Below, piece by piece: positions 28,489 through 38,145 of a DNA stretch of 64,000 nt (positions are counted from its first letter, which is position 1; each line of letters begins with the position of its first letter). Below the pieces are notes generated by a model that was not told the origin of the DNA, ran no database searches, and saw only the letters and a list, made by a program, of their open reading frames with translations. The DNA is taken from NCBI GenBank assembly GCA_964411375.1, contig CAYPKR010000001.1, forward strand, positions 104,227 to 168,226, given 5' to 3'. The DNA comes from an uncultured Candidatus Saccharibacteria bacterium (lineage in GTDB: Bacteria; Patescibacteriota; Minisyncoccia; Phycocordibacterales; UBA12088). The position numbers and the translations under genes were made by a program.

Positions 28489-30568
28489 TCGCCTTGATTG
28501 AGAGGTTGATGCGCTGTTTCTCGTCTATCTCTTTGATTATAACCGAAACTCGCTCACCTTCCTTAAGCACGTCGGTTACTTTGTTGATACGAAATGGTGC
28601 AATTTCACTGACATGCACTAATCCTTCGGTATTTTTGCCGATCTTCACAAATGCGCCGAAGTCCATGAGACGTGTTACTTCTCCTTCGAATGACTCCCCT
28701 GCTTTGTATTCGTGTGTAAGTTCCGAAATTGCTTTGTGTGCAAGCTCGGCGCTGCCCCCCTTTCCGGTTATGAAGATAGTGCCGTCTTCTTCGATCGTGA
28801 TGTCCTCAACTTGCGTTGCCTCACGAATGCCGTTGATTGTCTTGCCGCCGGGACCAATAACAAGTCCGATTTGATCCTTCTTTACAACCAAGGTCAGAAT
28901 TTTTGGTGCACGAGGACTGATGTCTGCTCTCGGGGCAGGAATTGCTGCAAGAATTGTCTTCAGAATATGGAGCCTTGCCTGCTTTGCGCCTTCGAGTGCT
29001 TCACGAAGAATAGGAACAGGAATACCATCCAATTTAATATCCATCTGAATGCCCGTGATTCCTTCTGTTGTTCCGGCAATTTTAAAATCCATGTCACCAT
29101 GAGAATCTTCAGGACCTTGGATGTCGGTCAGCACTTTGTACTTCGTGCCATCCATCATGAGTCCCATCGCGATGCCGGCGACTGGACGGAGAATCGGTAC
29201 GCCGCCATCCATCAGTGCGAGCGTGCCTGCGCACACTGAACCCATGGAGGTTGAACCATTCGATGCCATACATTCTGAAACAAGGCGAATGGTATAGGGG
29301 AATGCTTCTTTTGAGGGCAGAACGGCTTCAAGTGCTTTTTCTGCGAGCGCGCCATGTCCGACTGCGCGGCGATTGATGCCGCCGACTCGTCCGGTTTCTC
29401 CCGGCGCAAATGGCGGAAAGTTGTAATGATGCATGAATCGCTTTTTTTCTTCCGGGCCAGATTCAATTGAGTCGATTATTTGCGAATCTCCCGGACCGCC
29501 AAGCGTGAGTGCCGTGAAGACGTGCGTACCTCCGCGATAAAAGATGCCGGTACCATGTGCCATTGGAGAAATTCCGCCTGCTTCTGCGTAGAGCGGACGC
29601 ACTTCGTCGAATGCACGTCCGTCAGGTCGGCGATTATTGTTGATTGCTTCAGCATGAATCTGCTGATCCACCTTTTCTTCGAAGAATTTATCTGCAAGTG
29701 CGCCCGCATCTGGAAGCACTGCCTTTACTGCTTCGACGAATTCTTTTTTAGCAGCATAAATTTCTGCCTTTCCCGGATTTCCAGAAATGACAATATTTGG
29801 CATGCGCGCCGCAAATTGTTCATTGAAAATGGTAACTGCCGCTTCTGGAAGTTCAGGAACCGAAATCGTCCGCTTTTCCTTTCCAATTTCTTTGACAATT
29901 GCTTCTTGGAATGTCTGGAGTTTTGCAAGTTCAGCAACTGCTTCTTCAAACGCTTCTCCCAGTTCGACTTCAGAAACTTCCTTTGCCGCAACTTCGATCA
30001 TGTTGATCGTGTTGTCGCGACCACACGCAAGAAGATCATATGAGAGTTCGGCTTCCTCGCGATCCTTATAGGTTGGATTCAATATGCGTGCGCCAGTTTT
30101 TGTTTTTCCAATGCGAATCGCCGACACGGGTCCATTCCACGGGATGTTGGATGTCGCGAGTGCGAGTGATGCACCAATGACGCCGAGTACATCCGGATCA
30201 TCTTCGTCAATTGAAAGAACCGTAATGATAACTTGGACTTCGTTTCGTAGCCGATGATCGAAGAGTGGGCGGATAGTGCGGTCAACAATGCGGCCGGAGA
30301 GAATTGCTTCGTCTGATGGACGTCCTTCTCGACGCTGGAAGCGGCTTCCTAAAATTTGCCCTGCGGCATAAAATTTTTCTTCGTATTCAACGGTGAGTGG
30401 AAAATAATCGATGTCGGTGCGCTCCCGTCCTGACATAACAGCAGTCGCAAGAACGACGGTATTCCCATAGCGGAGAATTACCGATCCATGCGCTTGGTCC
30501 GCAAGATCAGTAAATTCGGCGGTCAATTTTTTGCCGCCCACTTCAGTCACAAAGGTTTTTTTCTGCAT
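28394..30568 (-). CDS. pnp: Polyribonucleotide nucleotidyltransferase (PNPase)
   Basis: Two RNase PH-like domains plus KH and S1 domains. 724 aa. Downstream of rpsO. Confidence 0.95.
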   Translation of the reverse strand: MQKKTFVTEVGGKKLTAEFTDLADQAHGSVILRYGNTVVLATAVMSGRERTDIDYFPLTVEYEEKFYAAGQILGSRFQRREGRPSDEAILSGRIVDRTIRPLFDHRLRNEVQVIITVLSIDEDDPDVLGVIGASLALATSNIPWNGPVSAIRIGKTKTGARILNPTYKDREEAELSYDLLACGRDNTINMIEVAAKEVSEVELGEAFEEAVAELAKLQTFQEAIVKEIGKEKRTISVPELPEAAVTIFNEQFAARMPNIVISGNPGKAEIYAAKKEFVEAVKAVLPDAGALADKFFEEKVDQQIHAEAINNNRRPDGRAFDEVRPLYAEAGGISPMAHGTGIFYRGGTHVFTALTLGGPGDSQIIDSIESGPEEKKRFMHHYNFPPFAPGETGRVGGINRRAVGHGALAEKALEAVLPSKEAFPYTIRLVSECMASNGSTSMGSVCAGTLALMDGGVPILRPVAGIAMGLMMDGTKYKVLTDIQGPEDSHGDMDFKIAGTTEGITGIQMDIKLDGIPVPILREALEGAKQARLHILKTILAAIPAPRADISPRAPKILTLVVKKDQIGLVIGPGGKTINGIREATQVEDITIEEDGTIFITGKGGSAELAHKAISELTHEYKAGESFEGEVTRLMDFGAFVKIGKNTEGLVHVSEIAPFRINKVTDVLKEGERVSVIIKEIDEKQRINLSIKAIDPTFAERKGIAPSHGSNNGNGESRPTSGRQ

Positions 30569-30669
30569 ATGCGCTTAAAGCAATGCTCGGAATCGAAACG
30601 TGAAGCCACATTTCAGGCTTCAAATCTCTCACCAAGCACCGCAAAACTAATGAATAATTGCGGTTACTC

Positions 30670-30718
30670 TAGCATTTTTAAATAAAAACAAAAGCTCCAG
30701 CGCGGTCGTTGGCCCCGC
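30670..30718 (-). terminator. Rho-independent-type hairpin between NYN-domain gene and pnp (possible pnp leader/terminator structure)
   Basis: aaaagctcc..ggagctttt stem with an inner gcgg/ccgc pairing. A T-run follows on the minus strand. Confidence 0.5.
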
Positions 30719-30738
30719 CGGAGCTTTTGTAAAACATC

Positions 30739-31260
30739 CTAAAACTTCGCACCTTTGTATGAGATCAAATATTTTTTCGGATCGTCATCGAGATCGGTGA
30801 AATGATCGCATGCTTCCTTAAGTCTGCTTGAGGTTGATTTGCCGAATGAAACCACTTCCACCTGACACCCCTCTTTAATTCGGAGATATTCAACAAGCGG
30901 AATAAAGTCGCCGTCGCCAGAAGCGAGAATAATCGTGTCGAGCTTTGGCGCCATAGTAACGGCATCTACTGCGAGCCCAACATCCCAATCGGCTTTCTTA
31001 GCGCCACCAAAAAAGATTTGAAGATCTTTGGTTTTGGTTTCAATGCCTACTTTCGCAAGCGCTTCGAAAAAACCTTGCTCCTCCCCTGTTTCGGTGGTGA
31101 CGACGTACGCGAGCGCGCGAACCAAGATACGATCATCAATAACTTCCTTCAACACTGCGCCAAAATTCACTTTTGCCTTGTAGAGATTTTTTGCGCTGTG
31201 GTAGAGGTTTTGCGTGTCTATAAATACACCGACACGCTGCGCCTTATGCTTCACTATCAT
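30739..31260 (-). CDS. NYN-domain (LabA-like) putative ribonuclease
   Basis: Asp-rich PIN-like NYN motifs (VFIDTQNL.., ILASGDGDF). 173 aa. Inserted between rpsO and pnp. Confidence 0.7.
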   Translation of the reverse strand: MIVKHKAQRVGVFIDTQNLYHSAKNLYKAKVNFGAVLKEVIDDRILVRALAYVVTTETGEEQGFFEALAKVGIETKTKDLQIFFGGAKKADWDVGLAVDAVTMAPKLDTIILASGDGDFIPLVEYLRIKEGCQVEVVSFGKSTSSRLKEACDHFTDLDDDPKKYLISYKGAKF

Positions 31261-31339
31261 AAAAATACAAAAACTAAATATTAAAAAATAAACCGATACT
31301 TAGAAAAGTATACCAGAAGAAGGTTCAGGGAGGGTGAAC

Positions 31340-31606
31340 CTATTTTTTCAAATCCAACTTCTTTAAAAGCGCGTTATATCGGCGCTTATCCTTCTTCTCC
31401 AAGTATGAAAGATGCTTGCGGCGATCTGCAACCATACCAAGAAGACCTCGGCGTGAGTGCGTATCTTTTGCGTTTTTCTTCAAATGGGTTGAAAGTTCTG
31501 CAATGCGCTTGGTCAAAATCGCAACCTGCACTTCAGGAGATCCTGTGTCAGTGTCATGGCGACGTGTGTCCTTGCTTGCGTTGACCTTCTGTTTCTTTGA
31601 AAGCAT
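31340..31606 (-). CDS. rpsO: 30S ribosomal protein S15
   Basis: Internal Met of the 120-aa ORF gives an 88-aa protein [89 protein letters not shown]15 signature. Upstream of pnp. Confidence 0.85.
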   Translation of the reverse strand: MLSKKQKVNASKDTRRHDTDTGSPEVQVAILTKRIAELSTHLKKNAKDTHSRRGLLGMVADRRKHLSYLEKKDKRRYNALLKKLDLKK

Positions 31607-31729
31607 GGGCGAACTGTAGCACGAAAGATAATTATTGGCAATAGCGAGAACGCACGATTGGCTTTCTGTCAAATTGCCGAGGGGCATGCCGCTTGGCGGC
31701 AAAAGCAGGATATAATTATTGTACGACCT

Positions 31730-32659
31730 ATGGCATCAAACGATCTACATACCCTCACGCGAGAGTTTTTGGAACATTTGGAGATTGAAAAAGGTAGGAG
31801 CATCAAAACAATCCAAAATTACGATCATTATCTGACCCGCTTTCTTGATTTTTCGAAGCTTACTTCCCCAAGGGCACTCAATGAAAACGTTATTCGTGAA
31901 TATCGTCTATGGCTCAATCGCCAAGATGCAGGTAAAAAGCCCGGCGGCGCTCGCGAAACCTTAAAGCGAAAGACGCAAAACTATTATTTGATCGCGCTTC
32001 GCGCGTTTCTCAAATATTTGAGGAAGCGCGGCATCGAATCAGTTTCCCCTGAGCGAATCGAACTTGCCAAGGTGGGCGACCGCTCCCTTGACCTCATCTC
32101 TATCGAAGAATTGTCCCGTCTCATGAAGGCGCCTGAGGGGACGAGTATAAAATCTCTCCGCGACCGCGCCATTCTTGAACTTCTCTTCTCCACGGGACTC
32201 CGTGTATCCGAACTTTGCTCGCTCGATCGAGACATTGATCTCTCCAGAGACGAACTCTCTGTGCGTGGCAAGGGAGAAAAAATCCGCGTTGTATTTATTT
32301 CAGACGATGCGAGAGTAATTTTGAAGCAATATCTTGATAAGCGGGATGATGTTGATGACGCACTCTTCGTTCAGCTTGGCAAAGCGTCAAAATCGGCCAC
32401 GTATCTCCGCCTCACTCCCCGTTCTGTCGAGCGAATCATTAAAGGATATGCAATCAAAGCTGGTATTACGAAAAAAGTGACTCCCCACGTGATTCGACAC
32501 TCGTTTGCAACCGATCTTCTCCAAAATGGCGCTGATCTTCGCTCCGTTCAAGCGCTTCTCGGACATGCCAATATTGCAACGACGCAAGTTTATACACACG
32601 TTACCGATTCGCATCTCCGTGAAATCCACAAAAACTTTCACAGCAAGCGACGCAAGTAG
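31730..32659 (+). CDS. xerC: Tyrosine site-specific recombinase XerC/XerD family
   Basis: C-terminal catalytic motifs ([39 protein letters not shown]). Start placed at the internal Met MASNDLHTL. Confidence 0.85.
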   Translation: MASNDLHTLTREFLEHLEIEKGRSIKTIQNYDHYLTRFLDFSKLTSPRALNENVIREYRLWLNRQDAGKKPGGARETLKRKTQNYYLIALRAFLKYLRKRGIESVSPERIELAKVGDRSLDLISIEELSRLMKAPEGTSIKSLRDRAILELLFSTGLRVSELCSLDRDIDLSRDELSVRGKGEKIRVVFISDDARVILKQYLDKRDDVDDALFVQLGKASKSATYLRLTPRSVERIIKGYAIKAGITKKVTPHVIRHSFATDLLQNGADLRSVQALLGHANIATTQVYTHVTDSHLREIHKNFHSKRRK

Positions 32660-32698
32660 GCGTACAATGAGTGTAATTATCGATCTAACTCTATAGAT

Positions 32699-33022
32699 AT
32701 GGGATTTTTTAGCGATGATCCAAAAGGAATCAGAGGTTCGAGCGAAATGAAGCAGCTCGGAAGTGATATTCGAGAGACTATGCATTCGTCAGGCATTTTT
32801 GGCGGGCCTGATCAGCGAAAGTTTGTCGCGGATGTGTTCGATACCTACGCAAAAAACAAAGACACGTATCATGGGCGTGAGATTAAGTGGGGTGCGGGTG
32901 TTATTGAACCCCATGAAACCGAAGAAGCGCTCTCACTTATTTCAAAGGAAGCAGACAAATACCATATCAAGCCAGAACAGATCGCAAAACTTCGCGAACA
33001 TGTTCAAAAATTGAATGACTAG
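32699..33022 (+). CDS. Hypothetical hydrophilic protein
   Basis: 107-aa ORF with no recognisable motif. Confidence 0.35.
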   Translation: MGFFSDDPKGIRGSSEMKQLGSDIRETMHSSGIFGGPDQRKFVADVFDTYAKNKDTYHGREIKWGAGVIEPHETEEALSLISKEADKYHIKPEQIAKLREHVQKLND

Positions 33023-33549
33023 AGATTAAAAAGGCGTGAAATCCAACCGCGCTTAGGAGTAGGAACTTCTTTTCTTCGAGGATCATCCATTCCGGGCAGT
33101 GTTTCTGATGCTTCAGAGATTCCACCCCATCGGTAGTTTGGATCTTTTATTCCTGTTGCCTCAAAACTTTTTTCTGAACGTTCTCGATAATCGTTTTGAC
33201 GTGCAATCATACCTTCTTCGCTTTGCTCCATTTTGACTCCAGCAAGCGGCCTTTTATCCATCTCCATGAGATTAGAGCGGGATACTCCTTGTATATGTTC
33301 CTCGCGTCTCCTTTCAGCTTGCTCGTTCAGTACTCCCCCTAGCGGACTTGCATCCTCTCTTCTTGATACGTTGGGAGGAGTAACTGCCCGTTCTGCATCA
33401 GCAATTGGTTCGGAAGTAGGAGCTTCACTTTCCCATGCCGACTCTGCGGATCTCATCAAAGCTGCTTCATCTGACGCGCCATCCTGCTGATCGATTTTCG
33501 AAGTTTCTACATCTTGAGCTGGTCTAAAATTCAAACCTTCTGCTGACAT
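33019..33549 (-). CDS. Hypothetical acidic, low-complexity protein
   Basis: 176-aa ORF, highly charged. Convergent with the previous gene, stop codons overlapping. Confidence 0.35.
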   Translation of the reverse strand: MSAEGLNFRPAQDVETSKIDQQDGASDEAALMRSAESAWESEAPTSEPIADAERAVTPPNVSRREDASPLGGVLNEQAERRREEHIQGVSRSNLMEMDKRPLAGVKMEQSEEGMIARQNDYRERSEKSFEATGIKDPNYRWGGISEASETLPGMDDPRRKEVPTPKRGWISRLFNL

Positions 33550-33622
33550 GATGGAGGGATAAAATTAGTAATTACCAGAATAATACCGCGACTTCCTTCC
33601 CTAAGGTTGCTATGATATCCCC

Positions 33623-34420
33623 ATGAAAATTATCTCGTGGAACGTAAACGGCATTAGAGCGGTACACAAAAAGGGGCTATTTCTACCCTTCATGCAAGAA
33701 TTCCAGCCGGATATCCTGTGTCTTCAAGAAACAAAAGCCGAGCAAGGTCAGGCGGTCATCGATCTTTCTGGATACGAGGAATATTGGAATTCCGCAGTAA
33801 AAAAGGGCTACAGCGGAACCGCCATATTTACCAAAATAAAGCCAAAAAGCGTTGTGCTCGGTCTTCCTGGAGACTTGGCCAAGAAATATAAGCTCGATTC
33901 TGATGGATACGGCGATCCTAATACGGAAGGAAGAGTCATTGCCGCTGAGTTCACCAAGTTCTGGCTCGTGACCGTGTATACGCCAAATGCAAAAGATGAT
34001 TTGAGTCGACTCTCACTTCGTCACAAGCAGTGGGACCCCGCTTTTCTTGCCTATATGAAACGCCTCGAGGAAAGTAAACCCGTTGTTTTTTGTGGAGATT
34101 TAAATGTTGCGCACACTCCTGATGATCTCGCTCGTCCAAAGGAAAATGAAGGGGTGAAGGGATTTACCAAGGAAGAGCGAGAAGGAATTCAATCGATAAT
34201 CGATAAGGGGTTTGTCGACACATTCCGCATGTTTACGAAAGGAAACGGATACTATACGTGGTGGAGTCATTTTGCAAATGCGCGAGAGCGTAATGTTGGC
34301 TGGAGGATAGATTATTTTTTTGTGAGTGAAAAATTAAAAAATAAAATTACCGCCGCAAAAATTCTCCCTGAAATCGTAGGATCTGACCACTGCCCCACTC
34401 TCATAGAGATGAAAGATTAA
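33623..34420 (+). CDS. xth: Exodeoxyribonuclease III (AP endonuclease)
   Basis: MKIISWNVNGIRA..LCLQETK.. plus a C-terminal SDHCP motif. 265 aa. Confidence 0.9.
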   Translation: MKIISWNVNGIRAVHKKGLFLPFMQEFQPDILCLQETKAEQGQAVIDLSGYEEYWNSAVKKGYSGTAIFTKIKPKSVVLGLPGDLAKKYKLDSDGYGDPNTEGRVIAAEFTKFWLVTVYTPNAKDDLSRLSLRHKQWDPAFLAYMKRLEESKPVVFCGDLNVAHTPDDLARPKENEGVKGFTKEEREGIQSIIDKGFVDTFRMFTKGNGYYTWWSHFANARERNVGWRIDYFFVSEKLKNKITAAKILPEIVGSDHCPTLIEMKD

Positions 34421-34779
34421 TAAAGGACAAGTTATCCACACATTTGTCCTTTACGTAATCTTAATGTCCTTTATACTCACATCAGGACCTCGTGTCCTGT
34501 TCTTTACAAATCGAAAGACTTTTTATGGTCTTAGCCAATGCATGTGTCCACAATATTATTTTGGGGAAACAAATAAGGCACCAATGCTAGCAAAGACGAT
34601 TTAATCTCTCATCGATTAACAAGTTCTTTATTTATCGGGCTAGAAATAGCCAAACAAGCCGCCTGGAATGCCGCCTAGAGATACTCCACCTCGAAAGCCG
34701 CAAGAAAGGCGGTTTAGTTATTTATATACACAAAATTGACCGCAACTAAATGTTTCCCATGAAACCTTTGACATAACCT

Positions 34780-36261
34780 TTAGTCCACGTGATGCTTGGA
34801 GCGGAGCTCTCGGAGCTCTTTTTCATCCTCTTCTTCCTTCCTTTTCTTGCCAGCCTCTCCTAACGTGCGTAATTCAATATCACCAAGCCCGCTCAATTTT
34901 TCAGCTGTTTTTTCAAGATAATCGGCATCATTTTTAGCAGGATCTTCCAATACTTCCTCAAGAAGGGCGTGAAGTATAAATCCAACTCGAGGACCGGGCT
35001 TTTCACGTGTAACATCCATAATTCTTGCGCCGTCTATCTTGAGCATGCTAACGGAGATCGGGTCCCTAAGAGCTTCGTCAACCATTGCTTTGTACTTTCT
35101 AAAGCGGAACGGCTGTTCTTTGGGACGACCAGTACCAATACGGTCGCAGATACGGATATTAAGGAGATCCTGTATGTTTTCCTCTCCAACATTTTGAATC
35201 ATCCGTCGTACTGCCGACAAAGTGATTTGGTCAGGATCAGAAAAAAACATGTGCCACCTCACCAAAAGTACTACTTTTTCTATTATCTTGTTTGGAAATT
35301 TGAGATTTTCAAGAATTTTTTTGGTTACACGTGAACCAACCACCTCATGGCCGTAGAATGTCCACTCCCCATTTTCACCTTTCCGGCGAGTTTCAGGCTT
35401 CGAAATATCATGGAGCAGAGCCGCTAACCTAACTTCTAGAGACATTTCCTTGTCCGCCGCATGTTGGAGTGCACGAAGAAGATGCTCGAATACCGTGTAT
35501 TTGTGAGCTTGGTTCTGTTCAACATCGACAGTCTTTAGTAGCTCTGGGATAACGTATTCCAGAATCCCAACCTGTTTCATGAGAAACATCGCATTCAAGG
35601 GCCTTTCGGAATTTACTATCTTTACAAACTCATCTCGGATACGCTCCTTAGCTATCTTTCCCAATGTTTCACGTGAATCAATCAGACCAGCCAAAGTGTC
35701 CGCCTCAATAGCAAAGTCATACTCAGCTGCTAGGCGGATTGCACGGAGGATCCGAAGCCCATCCTCAGCAAATCTATCCTTAGGGTTACCAACAGCACGC
35801 ACAATTCCCTTCTGTAAATCTTCGATTCCCTCAAAATAATCAATAATAGAGCCATTTTTCGGTCGGTATGCTACGGCATTAAAGGTAAAATCTCTACGCT
35901 TAAGGTCGTCAGCAATATCTGTGCTAAAGGACACCGAATCAGGATGACGCGCATTGCTATAGGACGTTTCTGTCCTATATGGGGTTATTTCAATGACCTT
36001 TAGAGTCTCGTTAGTTGCCGCGTCTATAACTACCCCAACGGTCCCATATTCATTATCAGAAAATGCGTGAGGAAAAATATTCTGAATTTCTTCAGGAGTT
36101 GCGTTGGTTGTAACGTCCCAATCTTTTGGAGGAACGCCAAGAAAAAGATTGCGGACGCATCCTCCAACTAAATAGGCCTCAAAACCTGCATTCTCGAGTG
36201 ATTCCGTTACATCCATCACTTCTGCCGGGATCGAAAAAGGAGGTTTTTTCATTGGCGTCAT
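34780..36261 (-). CDS. cca: CCA-adding tRNA nucleotidyltransferase / poly(A) polymerase family with HD domain
   Basis: GGCVRN..DxD nucleotidyltransferase motif and an HD motif (ALLHDISKPE). 493 aa. Confidence 0.85.
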   Translation of the reverse strand: MTPMKKPPFSIPAEVMDVTESLENAGFEAYLVGGCVRNLFLGVPPKDWDVTTNATPEEIQNIFPHAFSDNEYGTVGVVIDAATNETLKVIEITPYRTETSYSNARHPDSVSFSTDIADDLKRRDFTFNAVAYRPKNGSIIDYFEGIEDLQKGIVRAVGNPKDRFAEDGLRILRAIRLAAEYDFAIEADTLAGLIDSRETLGKIAKERIRDEFVKIVNSERPLNAMFLMKQVGILEYVIPELLKTVDVEQNQAHKYTVFEHLLRALQHAADKEMSLEVRLAALLHDISKPETRRKGENGEWTFYGHEVVGSRVTKKILENLKFPNKIIEKVVLLVRWHMFFSDPDQITLSAVRRMIQNVGEENIQDLLNIRICDRIGTGRPKEQPFRFRKYKAMVDEALRDPISVSMLKIDGARIMDVTREKPGPRVGFILHALLEEVLEDPAKNDADYLEKTAEKLSGLGDIELRTLGEAGKKRKEEEDEKELRELRSKHHVD

Positions 36262-36314
36262 TGTAGTCTACGTTTTGATATTCCCCTAATGTGGCTTATG
36301 ATTCGCGTACATAC

Positions 36315-36386
36315 GCCCCCGTGGTGAAATGGATATCACAACAGTCTTCGGAACTGTCTTTGTAGGTTCGAGTCCTGCCGGGGGCA
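36315..36386 (+). tRNA. tRNA-Arg (anticodon TCG)
   Basis: Manual cloverleaf. Acceptor GCCCCCG/CGGGGGC, anticodon stem ACAGT/ACTGT, loop CTTCGGA, T-arm GGTTCGAGTCC. No encoded CCA. Confidence 0.75.
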
Positions 36387-36428
36387 CAAAAGAGAAAAAG
36401 GCCAACTGCTTGGCCTTTTTCTCTTTTG
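36387..36428. terminator. Perfect 19-bp-stem palindrome (caaaagagaaaaaggccaa ctgc ttggcctttttctcttttg) directly after tRNA-Arg; bidirectional terminator-like
   Basis: Read directly. Both A-tract and T-tract flanks are present. Confidence 0.6.
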
Positions 36429-36474
36429 TGCCCGCTGAGCCTATGTCGCTTTAGCGACGGGCGAAAAGCGAGGA

Positions 36475-36492
36475 CCTAATCTTAGGTTTTTT
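36475..36492 (+). terminator. Short hairpin + T6 (cctaatcttagg tttttt)
   Basis: Read directly. Sits between the two tRNA genes. Confidence 0.4.
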
Positions 36493-36503
36493 AACACATA
36501 CAT

Positions 36504-36531
36504 TTGTAAAAACCCTAAGCAATGCTAGAAT
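36504..36531 (+). promoter_or_regulatory. Sigma70-like promoter for tRNA-Gly (TTGTAA -16 nt- TAGAAT)
   Basis: Hexamers read directly, 11 nt upstream of the tRNA 5' end. Confidence 0.5.
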
Positions 36532-36541
36532 GCCCCCAATC

Positions 36542-36612
36542 GCGGGATTTGTTTAATGGTAGGACGCGTCCTTGCCAAGGACGAGGCACGAGTTCGATTC
36601 TCGTATCCCGCA
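36542..36612 (+). tRNA. tRNA-Gly (anticodon GCC)
   Basis: Manual cloverleaf. Acceptor GCGGGAT/ATCCCGC, anticodon loop TTGCCAA, T-arm ACGAG TTCGATT CTCGT. 71 nt, no CCA. Confidence 0.75.
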
Positions 36613-36899
36613 CAGAACGAAGTGAGCTTTGAAATAGAATAAATGAGCTTCTGCTCATTTACATGGAGAATCGAAGACTTTTTCGATGTTTTGTGAAAAG
36701 GTTTGCTTTGAACAAACTGAAAAGGTGTACTGGGTCCTGTAAGGACCGATTCCCTGCCAGCATGTCCCAGACTGTGGATAACTATGTGGGTATGTGTATA
36801 AAGGACACAAAAAAAGCGTCCTTTTAGAGTAGATCACCAAATAATATGGCTCACCACTTACCTTTTAAAAAGGCATGGGTCGGACGTACACTATAAGAC

Positions 36900-37289
36900 G
36901 TGAGCACTACAAGTGGGCAAAATGTCGGTGCACTCGGTGAGGCAATTGCAGTAAATTTCCTTATTCGTAAGGGTTTTTTAATTTTGGACCGTAATTATCG
37001 AAAGCCGTGGGGCGAATTAGACATTATTTGTAAAAAAGATTCTCGAATTATCTTTGTGGAGGTGAAATCTGTTTCACGTGAAACAAAAGCTGAAATCAAG
37101 GATGCTGAAAATTTTCGACCAGAAGATAATATGCATCAGCCGAAGATCGAGCGACTACATCGGACGATTCAGACATATTTAACAGAAAAACATTTAGAAA
37201 AACTCGATTGGCGCTTAGATTTAGTGACCGTTACCATAGATTTTTTGACAAAAAGCGCGAGATGTAAGCATATTTCAGGAGTTTATTAG
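36900..37289 (+). CDS. yraN: YraN-family (UPF0102) putative endonuclease
   Basis: GEAIAVNFL..ELDII..VEVK motif pattern. 129 aa. Confidence 0.7.
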   Translation: MSTTSGQNVGALGEAIAVNFLIRKGFLILDRNYRKPWGELDIICKKDSRIIFVEVKSVSRETKAEIKDAENFRPEDNMHQPKIERLHRTIQTYLTEKHLEKLDWRLDLVTVTIDFLTKSARCKHISGVY

Positions 37290-37350
37290 AAGCCTAGGAT
37301 TCTTTCCGGGAATCATGTAGTGTAGTAGAACTTGTAGTATTGAGTGGTAT

Positions 37351-37423
37351 CGGGGTGTGGTGTAACGGCTAACATTCCTGTTTTGGGAACAGGCGACTCC
37401 GGGTTCGAATCCCGGCACCCCGA
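37351..37423 (+). tRNA. tRNA-Pro (anticodon TGG)
   Basis: Manual cloverleaf. Acceptor CGGGGTG/CACCCCG, anticodon stem CCTGT/ACAGG, loop TTTGGGA, T-arm CCGGG TTCGAAT CCCGG. Confidence 0.75.
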
Positions 37424-37463
37424 CAAGGACTTTGGATGAACAATAAGCTAGAGAAGTCCAAGA

Positions 37464-37511
37464 GAACAGGCGACTCCGGGTTCGCCAGTTAGAATTCTGG
37501 CGGCACCCTGA
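37464..37511 (+). repeat. Degenerate copy of the tRNA-Pro 3' half (21-nt exact repeat gaacaggcgactccgggttcg, then hairpin insertion ccagttagaattctgg, then cggcaccc)
   Basis: Direct comparison with 37389-37423. Confidence 0.7.
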
Positions 37512-37632
37512 CAAAAGTCTTGGTCGAATATCCTGAAAAATAAAGCATTAAATAGTGTGTAGTACAATGTGGCAGTAATGCACTCTGAAAGATGAAAGGT
37601 CGGAAAACGTCACCAACTAGGAAGCCTACGGC

Positions 37633-38145
37633 ATGAGCGAACGCATTCTATTTGAAGAAGCGTTCGAGCAATATTCAGATGCTCTTTTTCGGCATTGCTT
37701 CTTCCGTTTATCAGATCGGGAAAAGGCCTTGGACTTAACCCAGGAAACTTTTTTACGCGTTTGGAAATATAGTGAAAACGGGGGAGAGATAGAAGATATG
37801 AAGGCATTCTTGTATCGGACACTGAACAACTTAGTCGTTGATGAGTACCGAAAAAAGAAAACCGTCTCGCTCGATTCACTTCTCGAAGAGGAAGGAGTTT
37901 CAGAAGGGGATTTTAATGATCTCGTCTCGAGTGATCGAGAATCTTTTGAGCAAGCGATCGATTCGAAACGCGCGCTTCTCTTACTCGAACGTCTTCCCGA
38001 TAAGTATCGGACTGCACTCACGCTCCGCTACGTTGAAGGTCTATCACCAAAAGAAATCGCCGAAATAACTGAAGAGACTGAAAATGTAATATCCGTACGA
38101 ATTCATCGCGGACTCGCCAAGCTTCGAGAAGAATGGGACAAATAA
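37633..38145 (+). CDS. ECF-family RNA polymerase sigma factor (sigma-70 regions 2 and 4)
   Basis: Region 2 (LTQETFLRVWKY) and region 4 HTH (LSPKEIAEITEETENVISVRIHRGLAKLRE). 170 aa. Confidence 0.85.
   Translation: MSERILFEEAFEQYSDALFRHCFFRLSDREKALDLTQETFLRVWKYSENGGEIEDMKAFLYRTLNNLVVDEYRKKKTVSLDSLLEEEGVSEGDFNDLVSSDRESFEQAIDSKRALLLLERLPDKYRTALTLRYVEGLSPKEIAEITEETENVISVRIHRGLAKLREEWDK

Noticed and set aside
31018-31284. 88-aa plus-strand ORF overlapping the NYN gene, and many other 60-130 aa ORFs listed in the track
   Set aside because: They are embedded antisense or out of frame within larger well-supported genes. They have no RBS or motifs.
36774-36782. Perfect DnaA 9-mer TGTGGATAA upstream of yraN (and another at 34432-34440)
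   Set aside because: About 0.5 perfect 9-mers are expected by chance in 64 kb on two strands. There is no AT-rich DUE or clustering, so these are not treated as an origin. The 34432 copy is mentioned only as part of the long xth-cca gap.
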